From positions 12,586,001-12,650,000 of the forward strand of contig NC_047068.1 of the NCBI RefSeq assembly GCF_902459465.1: a DNA stretch of 64,000 bases. The letters run 5' to 3'. The stretch is from Asterias rubens. Lineage: Eukaryota. The translations under genes and the position numbers were made by a program. Of the stretch, positions 47,001 through 62,000 are shown piece after piece; the stretch's first letter is position 1; each line of letters begins with the position of its first letter. Below the pieces are notes generated by a model, which made no database searches, was not told where the DNA came from, and was given only the letters and a program-made list of their open reading frames with translations.

Positions 47001-50000
47001 TGACTGGGTCAGAGTGATGTAGCATCTGTACACAAGAAATCAGAATTACTAAAAAATTTAAAAAAAGCAAAATTTAAGACTTTATAAAAAAACCTTTTAA
47101 AGGGAAGGTACGCGTTTGGTAATTACTAAAAACAAATATTTACTTATAAACTGACTTGGTAACGAGCACTGAAGAGCTGTTGATAGTATAAAACATTGTG
47201 GGAAACGCCTTCCTCTGAAGTAACGTAGTTTTTGAGAAAGAGGTAATTTCTCACTAAAATAATACAAGACTTCTAGCTAGAAGTCTTTTATTCCTATCTG
47301 AAAGCACACAAATATATACAATTGCAAGGTTTGAAATGCACCTGTCAGTGAGAGGGGTGATGACCAGACGAGCCGTGTTACCGAGATACTCGTAGGAGTA
47401 GCGGAACTGGGCATCACAGATGTTAGCGTAGCAATGTTTGCCATCATCATCCCAGCGATGACGTAACTGACTCAACCACTGGAAGGCTTGAGCGTTCTCA
47501 ATCTAAAGAGATAATCATTCAGCAACAGTTATAGAAAATGTAAAATAGGTTGATGGCTAGTGGTTTTGATGTTAGCAGTCTTTTAAAAAAAATATTCTCT
47601 GAGAAATGCTTTGCTAGAATGAAGTGTCAGATTTTGACAAAGACTCTACTTGGGTCAAAAAGTGTTATCTTTAAAGGCAGTGGACACTATTGGTGCTTAC
47701 TCAAAATAAGCATTAGCATAAAACCTTACTTGGTAACGTGTAATGGGGAGCTGTTGATAGTATAAAAAATTGTGAGAAACGGCTCCCTCTGAAGTAACGT
47801 AGTTTCGATAAAGAAGTTATTTTCCATGAGTTTGATTTTGAGACCTCAGAATTAGATTTTGAGATCTTGAAATCAAGCATCTGAAAGCACACAACTTTGT
47901 GAGACAAGTGTGTTTTTTCTTTCATTAATATCTCGCAACTTAAGAAAGACTTTGCTTGGATCAAAATGTCTTATCCTTTGGGAAAGACTCTACTGGGGTC
48001 AAAAACAACTAATCTTTGAAAAATCCTCAACAAGGGTCAAAACGCATGACCATTTACTTTCTTTATGCATACCCTGGGTCATTTTGGTTAAGGGAACATT
48101 TCAAAAATCGAATGGTGAGAACATTCTATATGGAAGTATAGTAGATCGGATAAGTATTGAGCGTGTATTAACATAGACCATTCATTTTCGCTTAGAACTT
48201 TCAAAATACTAATACGGCTATTCAGTTGTGTAGGACTGCTCAAGTGCCTCGGCACAATTATGCAGTCTAGAGAAACATTCTGGCAGAAGATGGACTATGG
48301 GTGTGTGCCCACAGGAACATTCTTTTGTGACTGGAACATGACATGAAACACCCCCCAAGAAGGTTTCTTATTTCATTTTGAAACTTCACTTCTGATTAAC
48401 TCTACACAAACAAGAAACAAGAAACGAAAGTTACATATAACTGAAAGGACTTATCTAACCTTGTTAAGGACGAGTTTTGCAACCACATCACGGGCGTGTA
48501 CATCGATGGTACAGATGGTCATAATCTTTTGTCTGTCACCCCTAGACAGGTCACCAACCAGAAGCAGGATCAAGGTATTCAGCTGCAGGATCTGTTAAGG
48601 TAAAGATTTAGGAAGATAAGTCAGGGTTCTAGATTTGAAATTCATGAGGCAGAAAACAATTTCTATTTTGAGTTTGGATGTGACTTTTAAGCCAAAAGTG
48701 CCCCCATACCTATCTTATTTGGTGAATTAAGAACTCATTCTGCAGTAGTGAAGTTAACAATGAGAAATCTCTTCGATCCACAAGCAAAAGTAGATGTCCA
48801 GCTGATTTTCTACCCTCCGCCCAGGTAGTAGTTAAAAAGCAGGACAGTTCTTTTCAGAACTGAGAAGTCTCCCGACTTAAAAAAACAACAACTCCGCGGT
48901 AGCAGAATATAAAGCAAGTTCTCTGAGAACATAATCTACCTAGCAAGTAGATACACACAGCTTCTTCTTCCTATACGAATACAAGCCTCACATGTATTGT
49001 ACTATGAAGTGCAAAAGGAAGCAGGCCGTTAACGTAAACCAAATATATCTCCATACCTGTTTCTTGTTGTATTCCTTCAGGGCGTTCTCATGGCCCTCTT
49101 CCAGACGAGCGAAGGCAATATTAACCTCTGTTGACCACCAGACCTGGGTAGAGGCCAGGGCCACCTGGGCAGGGAAGTCATAAAGCCACTGCTCTCTTGG
49201 CTTTTCCTCGTAGGTATTCACACCCTCGTTGAATTGGTTCCGGACCGTGGAGCGGGAGGTATCCATCAGACGGTTCAACCAGACCTCAACCTGAGTAGGA
49301 AAAACAGAAACAAGAAATATTAGTAGCAGGGAAACCATTTTGGTCTGTATTGAGAAATAGGAGGTAGCATCTGCATCTTCAAAGGAGGACAGTTAAACTC
49401 AGGGATGAGATTTGACAAAATGTGAAAAATCCTAGAAAAATGGATTGCAGACCAGGGTTCCCTCTAATTCTAATAGAACCCAATTTCATAAAGACTGTAA
49501 GCATTAAAACTTGCTTAGTACATCGTGCAACTGGTGCCCGATCGTTTTTGTTGTTGTATTATTGCTTATTAACAACTTCATGAAAATGGACCCAGGTTTA
49601 CAGACTCGGTGCATCACCAGAAATACAAAACTGCAGGCTTGAACACAATGTAGACTATTTCTTTAATTCTTTCAAGAAAATTGAATGCTCAATGAGGTAT
49701 TTGAGAAAATCTAAGAGCAGGAAAAACTCTGAAAAACACACGCCGGAGAGATTCTTTTAAAAATCATACCTGTCCAGAGCACTCGCATGGACTGTCAAAC
49801 TCCACGTACTCTCCTTCTTTACTGTACATTCCCAGGGCTTCCTTAGTGTCGTTATCATCATCATCCTGCTTAAACTTCAGCTTAGCAGTGTTGTCAAACA
49901 GCTTGGCAAGATGACGTTGCACCTATCAGGATGAATGAAATATTGATGCAAATGTCAGAATGTTCAATGTTGTAGGTGGCCCAACCTATTTGTTGTATAT

Positions 50001-53000
50001 TTGTTGTCCAGTACAGCACCCAGGCTCGGAAACTCACTTCCTGAAAACCTCAGGGAAATACACAACATCTCAATTTGTCAGCAGCAACTTAAGACACACC
50101 TGTTCACACTTGCTTTCCCTACCACTTGAGAATTCCTTCTTTTCCATCTTGACCGGTGCCTTTGAATGGTTTTAGACCAAATTTAGTGCGCCTTTATAAA
50201 TGCGGTGTAATTATTATTATAATATCATCATAATATTACCGCGCCTTGAACACCCAGCAGGGTGGATATGTGCGCATTACAAGTCTTATTATTATTATTA
50301 TTATTACCAGAATATAATGCAAGTGAGTGCACTGTTGGATAAAATGATTTGACAATTTAGTTTAAAGTTTTTGAGTCACATTTTGAAGTAAACAATGTCC
50401 ACGCAGGAAAATAATCCCTCGAAGGAATACATAATCTGATAAACTGCACTGACAGTAATGCTTCTCAGACTCAAATTTGGGGGTAAAAACATCTTTTTGG
50501 ATAACCACATTACTTCAAAGTGAAATGTTTCTCAAAATGCTTTATTCTATCAATGGCTGCTGTAGGCTTCTTAACAAACTTTTACTGGGGGGCGAATAAT
50601 TTTAAGAGTAATTTATGCAAAATGAATACCTTCCCTTTAATGCTTACAGGAACATTACAGAATTGGTTTTTGCTAATAAAACAGTTGCTGGCAGTATAAG
50701 CACTTCATGTAATCCACCATATACATCAACTGACAGACCTGTAGAAGTTTGAGATCGATCGGTGATCTAGGCCACGAGAGAATAGTGAAAAACCGATTAC
50801 AAATTCTGCATTGCATTGATGCCAAAAATAAAAATGAATAAAACGCTCACTGAGCGATAAACTCCAAATGCGAAGTTAGATTATTTATTTATCGACATTT
50901 CAGACAGTAATATTTCAAGGGATGTTTTCAACTATCATCATCATTAGACCGTGTAAGTTTTATGTAAATCTGTGATCTTCACGATTTTTGTTTCTTACCA
51001 ATTCTGTAACGTTCCTTTAAATGAAGGGTAATCCCTAGCGCTAATGGTCCAACATAATTCCAATGAGAATTGTTACTGATTCTTACCAGGGTTGGATTGT
51101 TTCCCTGAGACAAAATGTCCAGCAGATCAGCCGAAGAGACAAAGTAGAACCTGGGGAAGGCGAGACGCTTGGTCTCCAGATACTCCGCAAGGGCCTTCTC
51201 ACAGATGGTCAAACTAGAGGAAGAACAAGTCAATCATTTAACTGAGATTGTGTGAAAATGTAAAAAAGTTCCCTTTTCATATTGAGAAAAAAGCGAATAG
51301 ACTTGACTTTCGTATTCAGCCTAATTGCTGGTCTTCCTCAAGAGCCACTAAATCGTCTGCTGCAGCACCAAGACTTTGGAAGTCACTTCTGGAAGACCTC
51401 AGACGATTGCACAGTATCACCCTCTTCCAGCAGAAACTTAAAACAAACTTGTTCATGTTTGCTTTCTCAACAATGTGACAACAATTTAACTTAACTTACA
51501 CTTCTACTTGACCGTCCCCTTTCCTTTGAGGAAAGTTGTTTTCAGGAAAATGTGCCTTATAAATGCTGTATTGTTATCATTATTAAGTAGATTTCATGTA
51601 GAGATCACAGACTTTCTACATAGTTTTAATTAGATATCTGATGGTTTGATCACATCAAGGGCCAAGTCTTTCATCTCTGTGATAGCAATCTTCGACTATT
51701 TCATGAAAATCTTAAGGAGCAGGGAGACATTTGAAACATACTTTGACTGCAGGGCTTCTAGTCTCTCAAACAAGCCGTCTTTGTTTGTTGCCTGTACTGT
51801 ATTGGGAGTCTTCTCAGCTTCTGCCATCAGATCCTGATCAAAGGTAAAAAGTAAAGCGTTAGAAAAATCTTACTTTAAATTGTGATTCATAGGAATGTGA
51901 AATCTTCAGCTGGATAGGTTAAGAGGAGATATAAGGGTCAAATAAATGGGGATCTGCAAGGGCTGAGTTGGTATTGTGTATATTCCATCCCTGAGCTACT
52001 GAAAGACTGTCAAGGTTGTATACTCCAAAGGGAGTTGAAAAGGTTTCAGAAATTATTGAAAAATGGCCCGACAACTAGGAATTAAATATGTATAGCGCCT
52101 TGAGCACTTTGTGGTGAATATGTGAGCTTTGAAAGGCTCCATTATTATTACAGTACAGCAGATTGTTGATCGAGTTGTGCCTTTGATGATGCAAGCATGG
52201 CATTTGGCATGCAGTCAGACTATTTCATGAGAAAGATAGTTGGCTGTAGGACCGCCATAGATCTGCCTTAAGACAAAATTATAACAAAGAATTGGCAGCC
52301 ATTTTTAAAGTTTTGAAGATTGTTTTGTACTTGTTTTCTTATTCGAACCAAAATGGACCTATAGCTGAATATATTTCTTTCCATGGTGTTCTAAAACAGC
52401 TTTTCAAACCGAACTACAACCATGTAATGTTTCAAATCATATTGTTTATTTGTGATATTGAAAACATTAAAACTGCAAAAGCACCTTGAAATCTGTGTCG
52501 ATTCCATCAAAACGCTTGGAATCTTCAGGGAGCTGGTTGCGGATGTCCTCTGACCCGATGAAGATACTCTCCAAATGAGACCACGTCCTCTGCACCTCAA
52601 ACCAGATGCTGATAACAGAGTCAGCGATGGAGAGCTTCTTCTGCCAGCCGGAGACCTCCTCAAGGAAGTGGGCGATGTACTTAGAGGTCATCAGGTTCTG
52701 AAGTTGGACCTGTGAGGGAATACAGAAGAAACAAGGTGCTAACAAAAAGTGGTATATGGAAAGTGGTGTCATATCTACACAGTTAAACAGTGTCTGTATA
52801 TTTAGGCTGTCTTCTACAAACCTTGTGGCTTCTGACAGTCTCAAACTCTTTTTATTTGATATACATAGATAAAATCTCCCCCTACTTCTTCTGTGCTTAC
52901 TATTTTGCTAATCTATGTATCACTTGTACATATGTTATATTTTGAGAGAATTAAATATTGACTTGAATTAGAAAACAACAACAATTAAATTGAAAAATGT

Positions 53001-56000
53001 ATAGTAAATCTAATGGGCAAGTCATGTAATCAAATCTCTTTTGAATTAATGGTGGCTCCGAAAAGAACTGTGTGAATATTAGAACATTTAGCAGGGCTGT
53101 GGGAAGCTTTCTCTAAAGAGGTACAAGACATCCACAGTCAAAGACCCATGTTAAGCCGATCAACGTTACCTGGTTGTCCTCAAGCGTCTCAATCAGCTCC
53201 TCGCTGGACCGTAACAACGGTATCCCCGTCCGTGGGTGTTTGTCGTACTCAAACTCCATGGTAGACCAGGTGGTATCCAACTCCTTCAAGACCTTCTCCA
53301 TGCTCATCTCCTTCACGGCTTTGTCCACGATGTTGCGTACCTCGTCCTCAAAGTTGTGCAGGTTGAGGGCCAGTAGGTCGGCTAGGGTAGTCTCCTCGTC
53401 CATGATGAATTTCACCTGTATCAAAATAAATGTTTAAAATTTTTAAAATTTACTGTCTTGTTTACAATATTCTAAGGGGAATTTTTTTGTTTCATTTTGG
53501 GTTTTTTTTTTGTAGGAGAAGGATTTGAAACTTTGTGTGTTGGGAGTCTAATTAGATCACCATGTGTAGATCTCTTTTAGGTAGTGTTGTTTCTAAAAAG
53601 AACCAGTGGTTGACAATTCAATGTTTCAATTCAATTTTATCCATCCTGTTATTGGCGCTTGCACTGTTATGCTTCATAAAATGATTGTCTGATTGCCTCC
53701 AAGAGAATGCTGGACTCTGTTTACTCAATACTGCTTTAAGTATAGCATACAAAAATTATAAAATGCAAATTCAAGATGTGAAACAAAACAAAAAACTGCC
53801 ACATTACCTTTGTGGCCTGCATAAGTTGTTGCCAATGCCGATCCCTGATAGCCGGATTCTGCAGCTCACTCACAGCCCGCAGTGACGTCAGCATGTTCTT
53901 GACGGTCGACTCCAGCCCGCCATAGGCATCCCACGCTCTCATCTCCTTGTCCAGTGAGCGGATGTCCTTGGCAAACTTCTTACAGTCGATCTCCATCTGC
54001 TCTACGTTGATCTGTTGCCAGAGAGTGGTCTTCCAGTCGTTGATACTACGGGGGGTTGAAACGTGAAATATTTGAGTAACTCGTCCTAACGTAGAATGGG
54101 TTCAATGCGTCCTATTGTCTATGGTTATGGATCTTAAATCACCCCAAGTCCTAAGATTACTCCTTAGTTTGGTGAAACCGACGGCTGGTCTTAGCCTCGG
54201 TGCTCCGTCAAGAGTTTTAATAAGACTTCATTTCCAATGGAAGTGCCCTTTTCAAAATAAAAATGTGCTTGCCCTCTGAAATATAAAAATTCCAGATTGG
54301 GCTCGGGTGGTTTCACTGGGTTATGCTTTATGCAGTGTGATGGGATGGCTCCTTTGATTTGTGGTGATTTACTTTTGCTTCATTCAATTGTTTTTCTCTT
54401 TTCCAATTTGTTATTAACGTTATGGTTTAAATATTATATTAATCAAATGTTTTTAATCGGCCTCGACCAATGAATACATTTTTAAATTGTAAATATATCA
54501 TTTTAAAGAAAGAAAAAAAAAACCAAATTAACCAACAAGTTTTAGGTGTCATAACTGTTAATGCCAAAACTTTGAAGACACAAAGTATTCCCATAATCTT
54601 TTTCTTGTTAATGTTTTACCTTGAGCGGACAATGACGATCATGTCCCAGAGGATTTTCAGTAGCCTGACCTCCTTGCGGCAGGCCTTGAGCTGTTTGTAG
54701 TCAGTGACGTTCACCTCAAACAGACTTGCTGATTCTTGAAGCTGCGCCATGAGGGTCTCCATCTCAAAGATGGTCATGTGACACTACAATGAAATAAAAC
54801 AACAACAAAACATTTGTAAATTTCATCAACATAAAAAAGGCAGGGTTTGATGGTATACTTCTATAAAATTGTCTGTAAAGGATCAATTGCCAAGAGATAC
54901 TCTTGCTTGATATCAAATCAAAAATCTTGTCTGAACACAAGTGTCTAGCTCTGGCAACATCCTCAAATTAATTTGACCCATACTTCAGAAGCGAAATTGT
55001 AACATTAGTTAAGGAGAAAATGGTGCTACTTTTTCAATTTTTATGCCTAAAAATTTGAATCTGATAAGCCGAACTGTCAGAAAAGTTTCTCAGATTGCGT
55101 AATCCAAGACTGATTATTCTTCAAGCGTGGACATAACCGCTCTGAATTTTCAGCGATATCTCAAAAAAAGCTACCACTGTTTGAATTGAGATTTTTACAA
55201 GATTTGGTTCTATTATATACATATCTACATTTTGTAGTATTATAACAATCAATGTGGATGATGTATAAGAAAAAAAAAGGGGGAAAAAAAGGAAATTGAT
55301 GTTGACTTACTTCATCGAGAGCTCTGTACGGATCATTGAAATCAAAGATGAACGGTGCCTCCTTGCGGAATCTCTCTCTGAACTCATGCTGCTTGACCTG
55401 AGAAACAAAGACAAAAAGTTTCCTTCAGTTTCAGAAAATCGACATGCTAAAAATAGCTTAAAAAAATGGAATTATGTGGAGGACCGTTTCAATGGTCTGC
55501 GCATAATTAACAGCAACTTTTTTCATATTTTATTAGAGAATGTGATCTGGTTTCCAAAATGTTATCAATGTGAAATGGTTTTTAAACATTGGTTATAGAA
55601 TATGATCTGGTTCCCAGACTTACGTCAAACGAGGTGCACTTCCTACGGATGATGGAGACCTCGTTGGCCTGTAAGGGCGCCACCTGCTGCTTGACAGTGA
55701 TGGCAATCTTCTTGGTGTTATTCCACTGTTCTGGAAGCTCCTAAATTGGTATCAAATGACAAAATAACACTGTGGTTAAACCTTTGAGAAAAAGCACCCA
55801 AGCAGCTTCAGGTTTATTTTAAATCAATCAAACACAGGCCAACCACACATCACCCAAACCATTTTATTTTTTGTTATTGGTTGCAAGAATCAGGAGAGTC
55901 ATTACTTACGAAAAAGGTATGTTGAAATGATGGCTTTTTCACATTTTGGTTACCACTGGGGTTATAGATTCGGAGGAGTTTTTGGAAACAGTATCCAAAG

Positions 56001-59000
56001 CACTAGAGAAGTAGACCAAAACCTATGGATTTGTTTATTTGTGGACAAAAATATTGCCTGATTTTCTTCACCAGGCTAACATAAAAAGTCTGAATTCAGC
56101 CAAAAGTATGAACAATTTCATCCCTGAAGAATTATCAGTGTGGTTGAGCAGCACTTGATCTTCAAAAAGATTTTGACAAAAACTACCATACAGTGGCTGA
56201 GCAATCTTGTGCATGATACTCAACCACAATTGCTTTTGGGATGTTTACTCGATCAAGAATTCCGTAAAGTTATACATTGTTGCAACTGGTGCCTCACTCA
56301 GTTTTTTCCTTAGCAAAGAAATTTGCTAAGCAGTATTTTATGCTTTTAAAACAGCTTTATGAAGTTGGCTCCTGGTCAAGGAAATCTAACCTGTAGCTGT
56401 GTGTGGACCTCCTCAGGCATCTCCTGGTCATAGATCTTCAAGAGCTCGATGGTCTGCTTCAGAGGCTCAAACATCTCATCGGTGGCCGACTGCCTGTCCT
56501 TAACGGCCATCAGATGACCCATACAATCCACTAGACCGTGATAGTCACCCTCTTCTACTGGCGTGGTTAGGCCGGAATTGGCTGACTTGATGAATTCTTG
56601 CAGCTCGCTCAAGCTGGGGGTTGAAAAGGAATAAAACGTGGAGTTGGAACCTTTTAGTCTTTATTATATTGCAAGGCAGTTTAGTAACACCGCATTAAAA
56701 ATAAAATCATCACAATCTATGCGTCAACATAAGTTTCTAACTGGTCATTTAGGCAAGGCAACAAGATGAGGACAAATTCACAGGGCGGCTGAACACAGTA
56801 AGCAAAGTTTTCTGCTCATTTAAGTAGAACTGTTTCTTTGTAACATGAAGATCAAATTAAAAACATGTTAGCAAGAACTTATTCACAAATATAAGCCTTC
56901 AAGAAATCTCTGCTCCCAATTACAGTCTCTTCTTGTCTGTTCATCGGCATCGACAAAGTCATACGGCCAAAGTGCCTTCTCTATGTCTTCTCCCACTCTT
57001 TGGAGCAAACTCTCTCGAAACATCAAAGACTTTCTCCAAATAAACACAGACAATTTTATTTGCTTTTTCTCAATTGACTTTGAACAGCGCATTGGGGCTC
57101 CATGTGTTATGCGCTTTATTATTATTATTATTATGATTTAAAAAAAAAATCACATTTAAAAACAAATTGAGATGGGGGCATAAATGCCACGGACAAGGCG
57201 GATTGAGGTTGACAAATGGACTAGCAGACTAACCTGTTGGTGACATGATCAATGAGGTGCTGCTTGAACATGAAGCTCCATTTCTTGATGATGTTGAGCA
57301 GGGCCTGCTTGAAGGGTCTGCCGTCAACTCGGAACCACGTATCGAAGATATGGATCGCATCGATCTCATCTACCTCGTTGTAAATCTTCTCATAGGAGTC
57401 AACCTGACAGACAAGTTCATATGAGGATAACGTTTTAAAGAAATGGTTCTCAATTATCAATATTACTGGTTAACTAAAAGAAACCAACGTTTAGACCAAT
57501 GGTTCTTTTCCGAACCACGCTAACTCATTTAGCAGTAGCCATTACATGGCGTTACCGCAAACCTTTCCATATTAAAAGAAGCTCCTTGCAGACAAAAGGT
57601 CTATTGGAGTACAGAGCAAATGTGATGCAACAACGCAATTAAAAGTCAAATATACACTCGACTAAAAAATAATATTATCGAAACGAAAACTACAAGACCA
57701 CCGGGTGACGGATCGTGAGTTTACTAGCCTCGACGCTAAAATCACTGACAGTCCAGAGTTAATCAGAGCCCACCGGGTGACGGATCGTGAGTTTACTAGC
57801 CTCGACGCTAAAATCACTGACAGTCCAGAGTTAATCAGAGCCCTGCAATCCTCTAGTTTTCAAGAGACGTTATTAAAAAATCCCCTAGAATGCTTGATTA
57901 GGACAGTTCATAGAGTTATCTCACAGAACTAGAGGGCGCACTGAACATATTCTATATCTATGACACCGACGTGTACTTTGCATATATTGCGCGTACAATG
58001 TTTACCTAAAAAAATGGCATGCGTGTCTACTTGCGGTCCCGATGCGTTTGTGCATGCAGCATTGCTAGTGCACCCTCTAGTTCTTATATATAACTACATT
58101 GTTCAGCTACAAACAAACAAACCTGTTCCTTAAACTGGTCCAACGTCGGGGGACACTCTGGCACCCCATCCTCAGCGTGTGCCTCGATCTCCTCGGTGGT
58201 CAAGACGTGGTTGTACAGGAGGAACTGCCTCATGAACTCCTTACGATCGTCCACCCACAGATAGGCGTAGTTATCAAAGGAGTTACGGTACTCCTGGGCC
58301 TTGTTCATGATGGTGTTGACTCGGTCCATCAGCTCTTGCCTCATGTCGGAGAGGTCAAGCATCTCCTCCAAGTCAGTCTAAAAAACAAAAAATAATAATA
58401 AAATATTAATAACAAAACTTTGTAATGCGCACATATCCACCCTTAGAGTGCTAAAGGCACCTAGATGAATGGATAATCAAAACTTACAAATACATACATG
58501 GCAAATGACAATGACAATGAAAATGCAATTACAATGAGCGGGCAAAGGCCTGAGACATCAAATGTGTTTTAAGCTGGGATTTTAAGAAGTACTGTACTTA
58601 GGATTTGAGGCATTGCATGGTGAGGTATCAATATATATTGGTTTGCGGTAACACCATGCGTGTATGTACTTGCCAGGTAGAGTTTGTTCTTAGAGAACTG
58701 TCTTGCTTTATTCTACAACCGCGGAGTAGATGTTCGGGGTTCGGGAAACTTATCAGTTCTGAAAAGAACTGTCCTGCTTTTTTAACTATAAGCCGGACGA
58801 ATGGTATAGAAAATAGGCATGATGATCAAGCCATAGGCGCAAATTCAGCTAAGGCATATAAAACTCACCTGGTAGTGCTCAGATCCATTGTGCTCGGCCA
58901 GTCTTTTGACGAGGGAGGCCATTTTGTAGATATCACTGATTAGCATCTCGACTAGGTCATAGAACCCGTCAGCGATACCGTAGTCCAACGATGGCATGAA

Positions 59001-62000
59001 GACCATGTCTGGGACCTGCGTACAGGGTTTCAATTTAATTCCATTAAATTCAAATACTTATTTATTTCCGTACTTCCATGAAAAATATCGACAAGTACAT
59101 GTAACTATGGAGTATAGCAAGAATAACATTAAGTAGCAGTTAGCAGGATAAATGTAATAAATATGGGGCCGTTTTGATAGGCAGAATCGGAGGATGGTAG
59201 ATATGTGGAGGTCACAGAAAATGGTTACAATAATTCTCGCACACCCTATAAAATTTAGGTTTTTATGAAACAAGTCAATTCCCCTTTTTTTTTATTACCC
59301 TCCTCTTCGTTCACTCCCTGCTTTCTTTGTGTACTTTCATCTCCATCATTTATTTCCAGTTGACTGCTTTTGTTACACCAGTATGCCTGTTAAAGGAACA
59401 CGTTGCCTTGGATCGGTCGAGTTGGTCTTTGAAAAGCGTTTGTAACCGTTTGTTATAAAGTGCATATGGGTGGAAAGATATTTTAAAAGTAGAATATAAT
59501 GATCTACACAAACATGCCTCAAAATTGCACGGTTTTCCTTTTACTTCGTCGACTAACAAGGTCGGCAATTTATGGGAGTCAAATTTTTGACTCCCATAAA
59601 TGGCCGCCGTGTTAGTTCGCACAGTAAAAGGAAAAGCACGCAATTTCGAGGCAAATTTGTGTGGATCATTGTATTCTACTTTTAAAACATCTTTCCAACC
59701 ATATGCATTTTACAACAAACGGTTACAAACGCTTTTTTATAGACCAACTCGACCGATCCAAGGCAACGTGTTCCTTTAATGTTTACTGTGTTGTTAGACC
59801 ACTAACTATTTATTTGCATTGGTTGGTAAGAAGTTTGCAACAGCATATACTATTTTTCATATTCCAAAGAGATCATAAAAACGAGCAACACAAAAGAAAA
59901 TCGACTATCATTTCATTTGAGCAGGTCATAATTATGTCATGAATCAAAAATCAAACGGCACGCACCTGGAGTTCCAGTTTAGCCTCAAAGAGTGGCGACA
60001 TACACTTGGTGTCTGTATTTTCCAGCATGTAGGTCATGCTACAGTTGATACAGGCAAAGAAACCATCAACCAGCATGTCGTCAACGTAGTCGATGTACGC
60101 CTTCCATGTGTCGGTGGCTGGGTCTGCCTTGAACAGCTCGCAGTTTTCCTTTAAAATAAAAAGAGGAAGAATTATTTTGACAGCTGAAGGAGGTTATTAT
60201 TTAAAATGTATCTTTCAACCAAGCTCTTGGTAGGACAATTTTAAAGAGTACAAGGGCTGACCTATATGCACACATTATGGAGGCTTATCTTTACAGAAAA
60301 ATTGCTTAGTTCAAACAAATTTTCCTACCGACAGAAAAAATGCTTTAGTCCAAATCAATGTTTCCTACTGGAAATTGATTACCAACCAAAACAGCACTTC
60401 ATCAGCTCAGGCTTCCCCCAAAATAGTTTACTTTGTTCAAAACTATTTTGCCCACTGGAAAACAATAACCAACCAAAAGAGCGTGTCATGCGCACAGCTT
60501 CCCGCTTGTTTGTGCCCAGTGTGTCCTACTTATTTGCCCACAGCAAACATTAGTAAAGAAATATAATCTGCTTTGAGCAGCCCTATGTAACTGGGCCCTA
60601 CACAACATCCTGACGCTCTACAACTTACCTTAACTAAACTGTGTATCTTCTCACCAGTAGAGGTGATCTCCCCGTACCTCTTGTTCAACCTCTCCTCTCT
60701 GTCGTCCAGCGCCAGAAGGGCGATATCTTTCAGCTCTTTCCTCTCGTATAGTGGCGTCTTGGACCAGTCCTCCATGATCTTCTTGATCTGGTCGACGTTA
60801 TCCTTGGTCTTCTGCACCCTCTTCTCCAGGTCTCGCACCTGGTCCCGCGTCTCCTGGATGTACTCCCAGACCCCGTCGCCTTCCCAGCTCAGGTCCTTCT
60901 CGGCCTTCTGGAGCTGCTGGTCGATTCCGGCCAGTTGACTCTCGACCAAGGGGAACTCCACCTCCAGGACCGTCTCACGTACTTTGTTGTACCAGGCAAC
61001 GGTCAGGTCTAGGTTGGCGGTGAACTTCCTCAGGGTTTCATGCTTGGCGTAGATGCCTGCTGCACTCTCGGGGATGCCTTCTTCTCCTCGAATCAAAAGG
61101 TATTTTACCTCACGGAGGACGGCAACAAGCTGACGAGAAAAAGCAGATTATAGTTATAAGAATTTAAAAAAACAAAAACCAAAAACTGACAAAACAGACC
61201 ACAACATCTGACCACTTACAAAACAAAATTCTCAAAACTCCAGCTGCTTAAGCAAGAAATAGTGCCAATAAAAATTTTGCTAAGCAAAAAGAAGCAGAAT
61301 ACCCATCATAAATTGTACATAAGACATGTTTTTTTTAGCAGGTAACCATATTCTGGTAAGCGTTATAATAATTTTGTGCTGAGGTACTTTCCATGCTCAG
61401 GCAGCTCTATGAAACTGGGCCTACTCTTACCTTAGGATCAAAGTTGACACTGATGAGGTCTGTGTCTTTGTTTCGTGTCACAAGAGGCTGATTGAGGTTG
61501 ACTTTACAGATTTCATCTACTCCTGCTGTCCATTCTTTATATACCATGTCATTGTACCTGTCATTTATTAAATTCAATTCATTAAGAACACTTAGCTTTT
61601 AGTAGGATAGGAATTGAACAGGGGGAGGGGGTTATTACTGGACCAATGCTTAAAGAAAAAACTCATGGCTAGTGGTCAATTGGTTACTTCCATGCCCAGC
61701 TGTTATTTAGCACTGACTGCTTAAATACAGTCAACCCTCAATATAAAAACCGCTTTTATAAAGACATTCCGCTTTAAAGCAATCACACAACATTGGTAAA
61801 CAGTATTGTCCAAAGGCCCACACTTCGTGTATCACATCTTATATATAAAATAAATAAACCTGTGAAAATTTAGGCTCAATCGGTAATCGGAGTCGGGAGA
61901 AAATAACAGGAAAACCCGCCCTTGCTTTCACTAGTTTCGCCGTGTCATGACATGTCTTTAAAATAAATCCGTTATTCTCGATATCGAGAATTGATAATTA

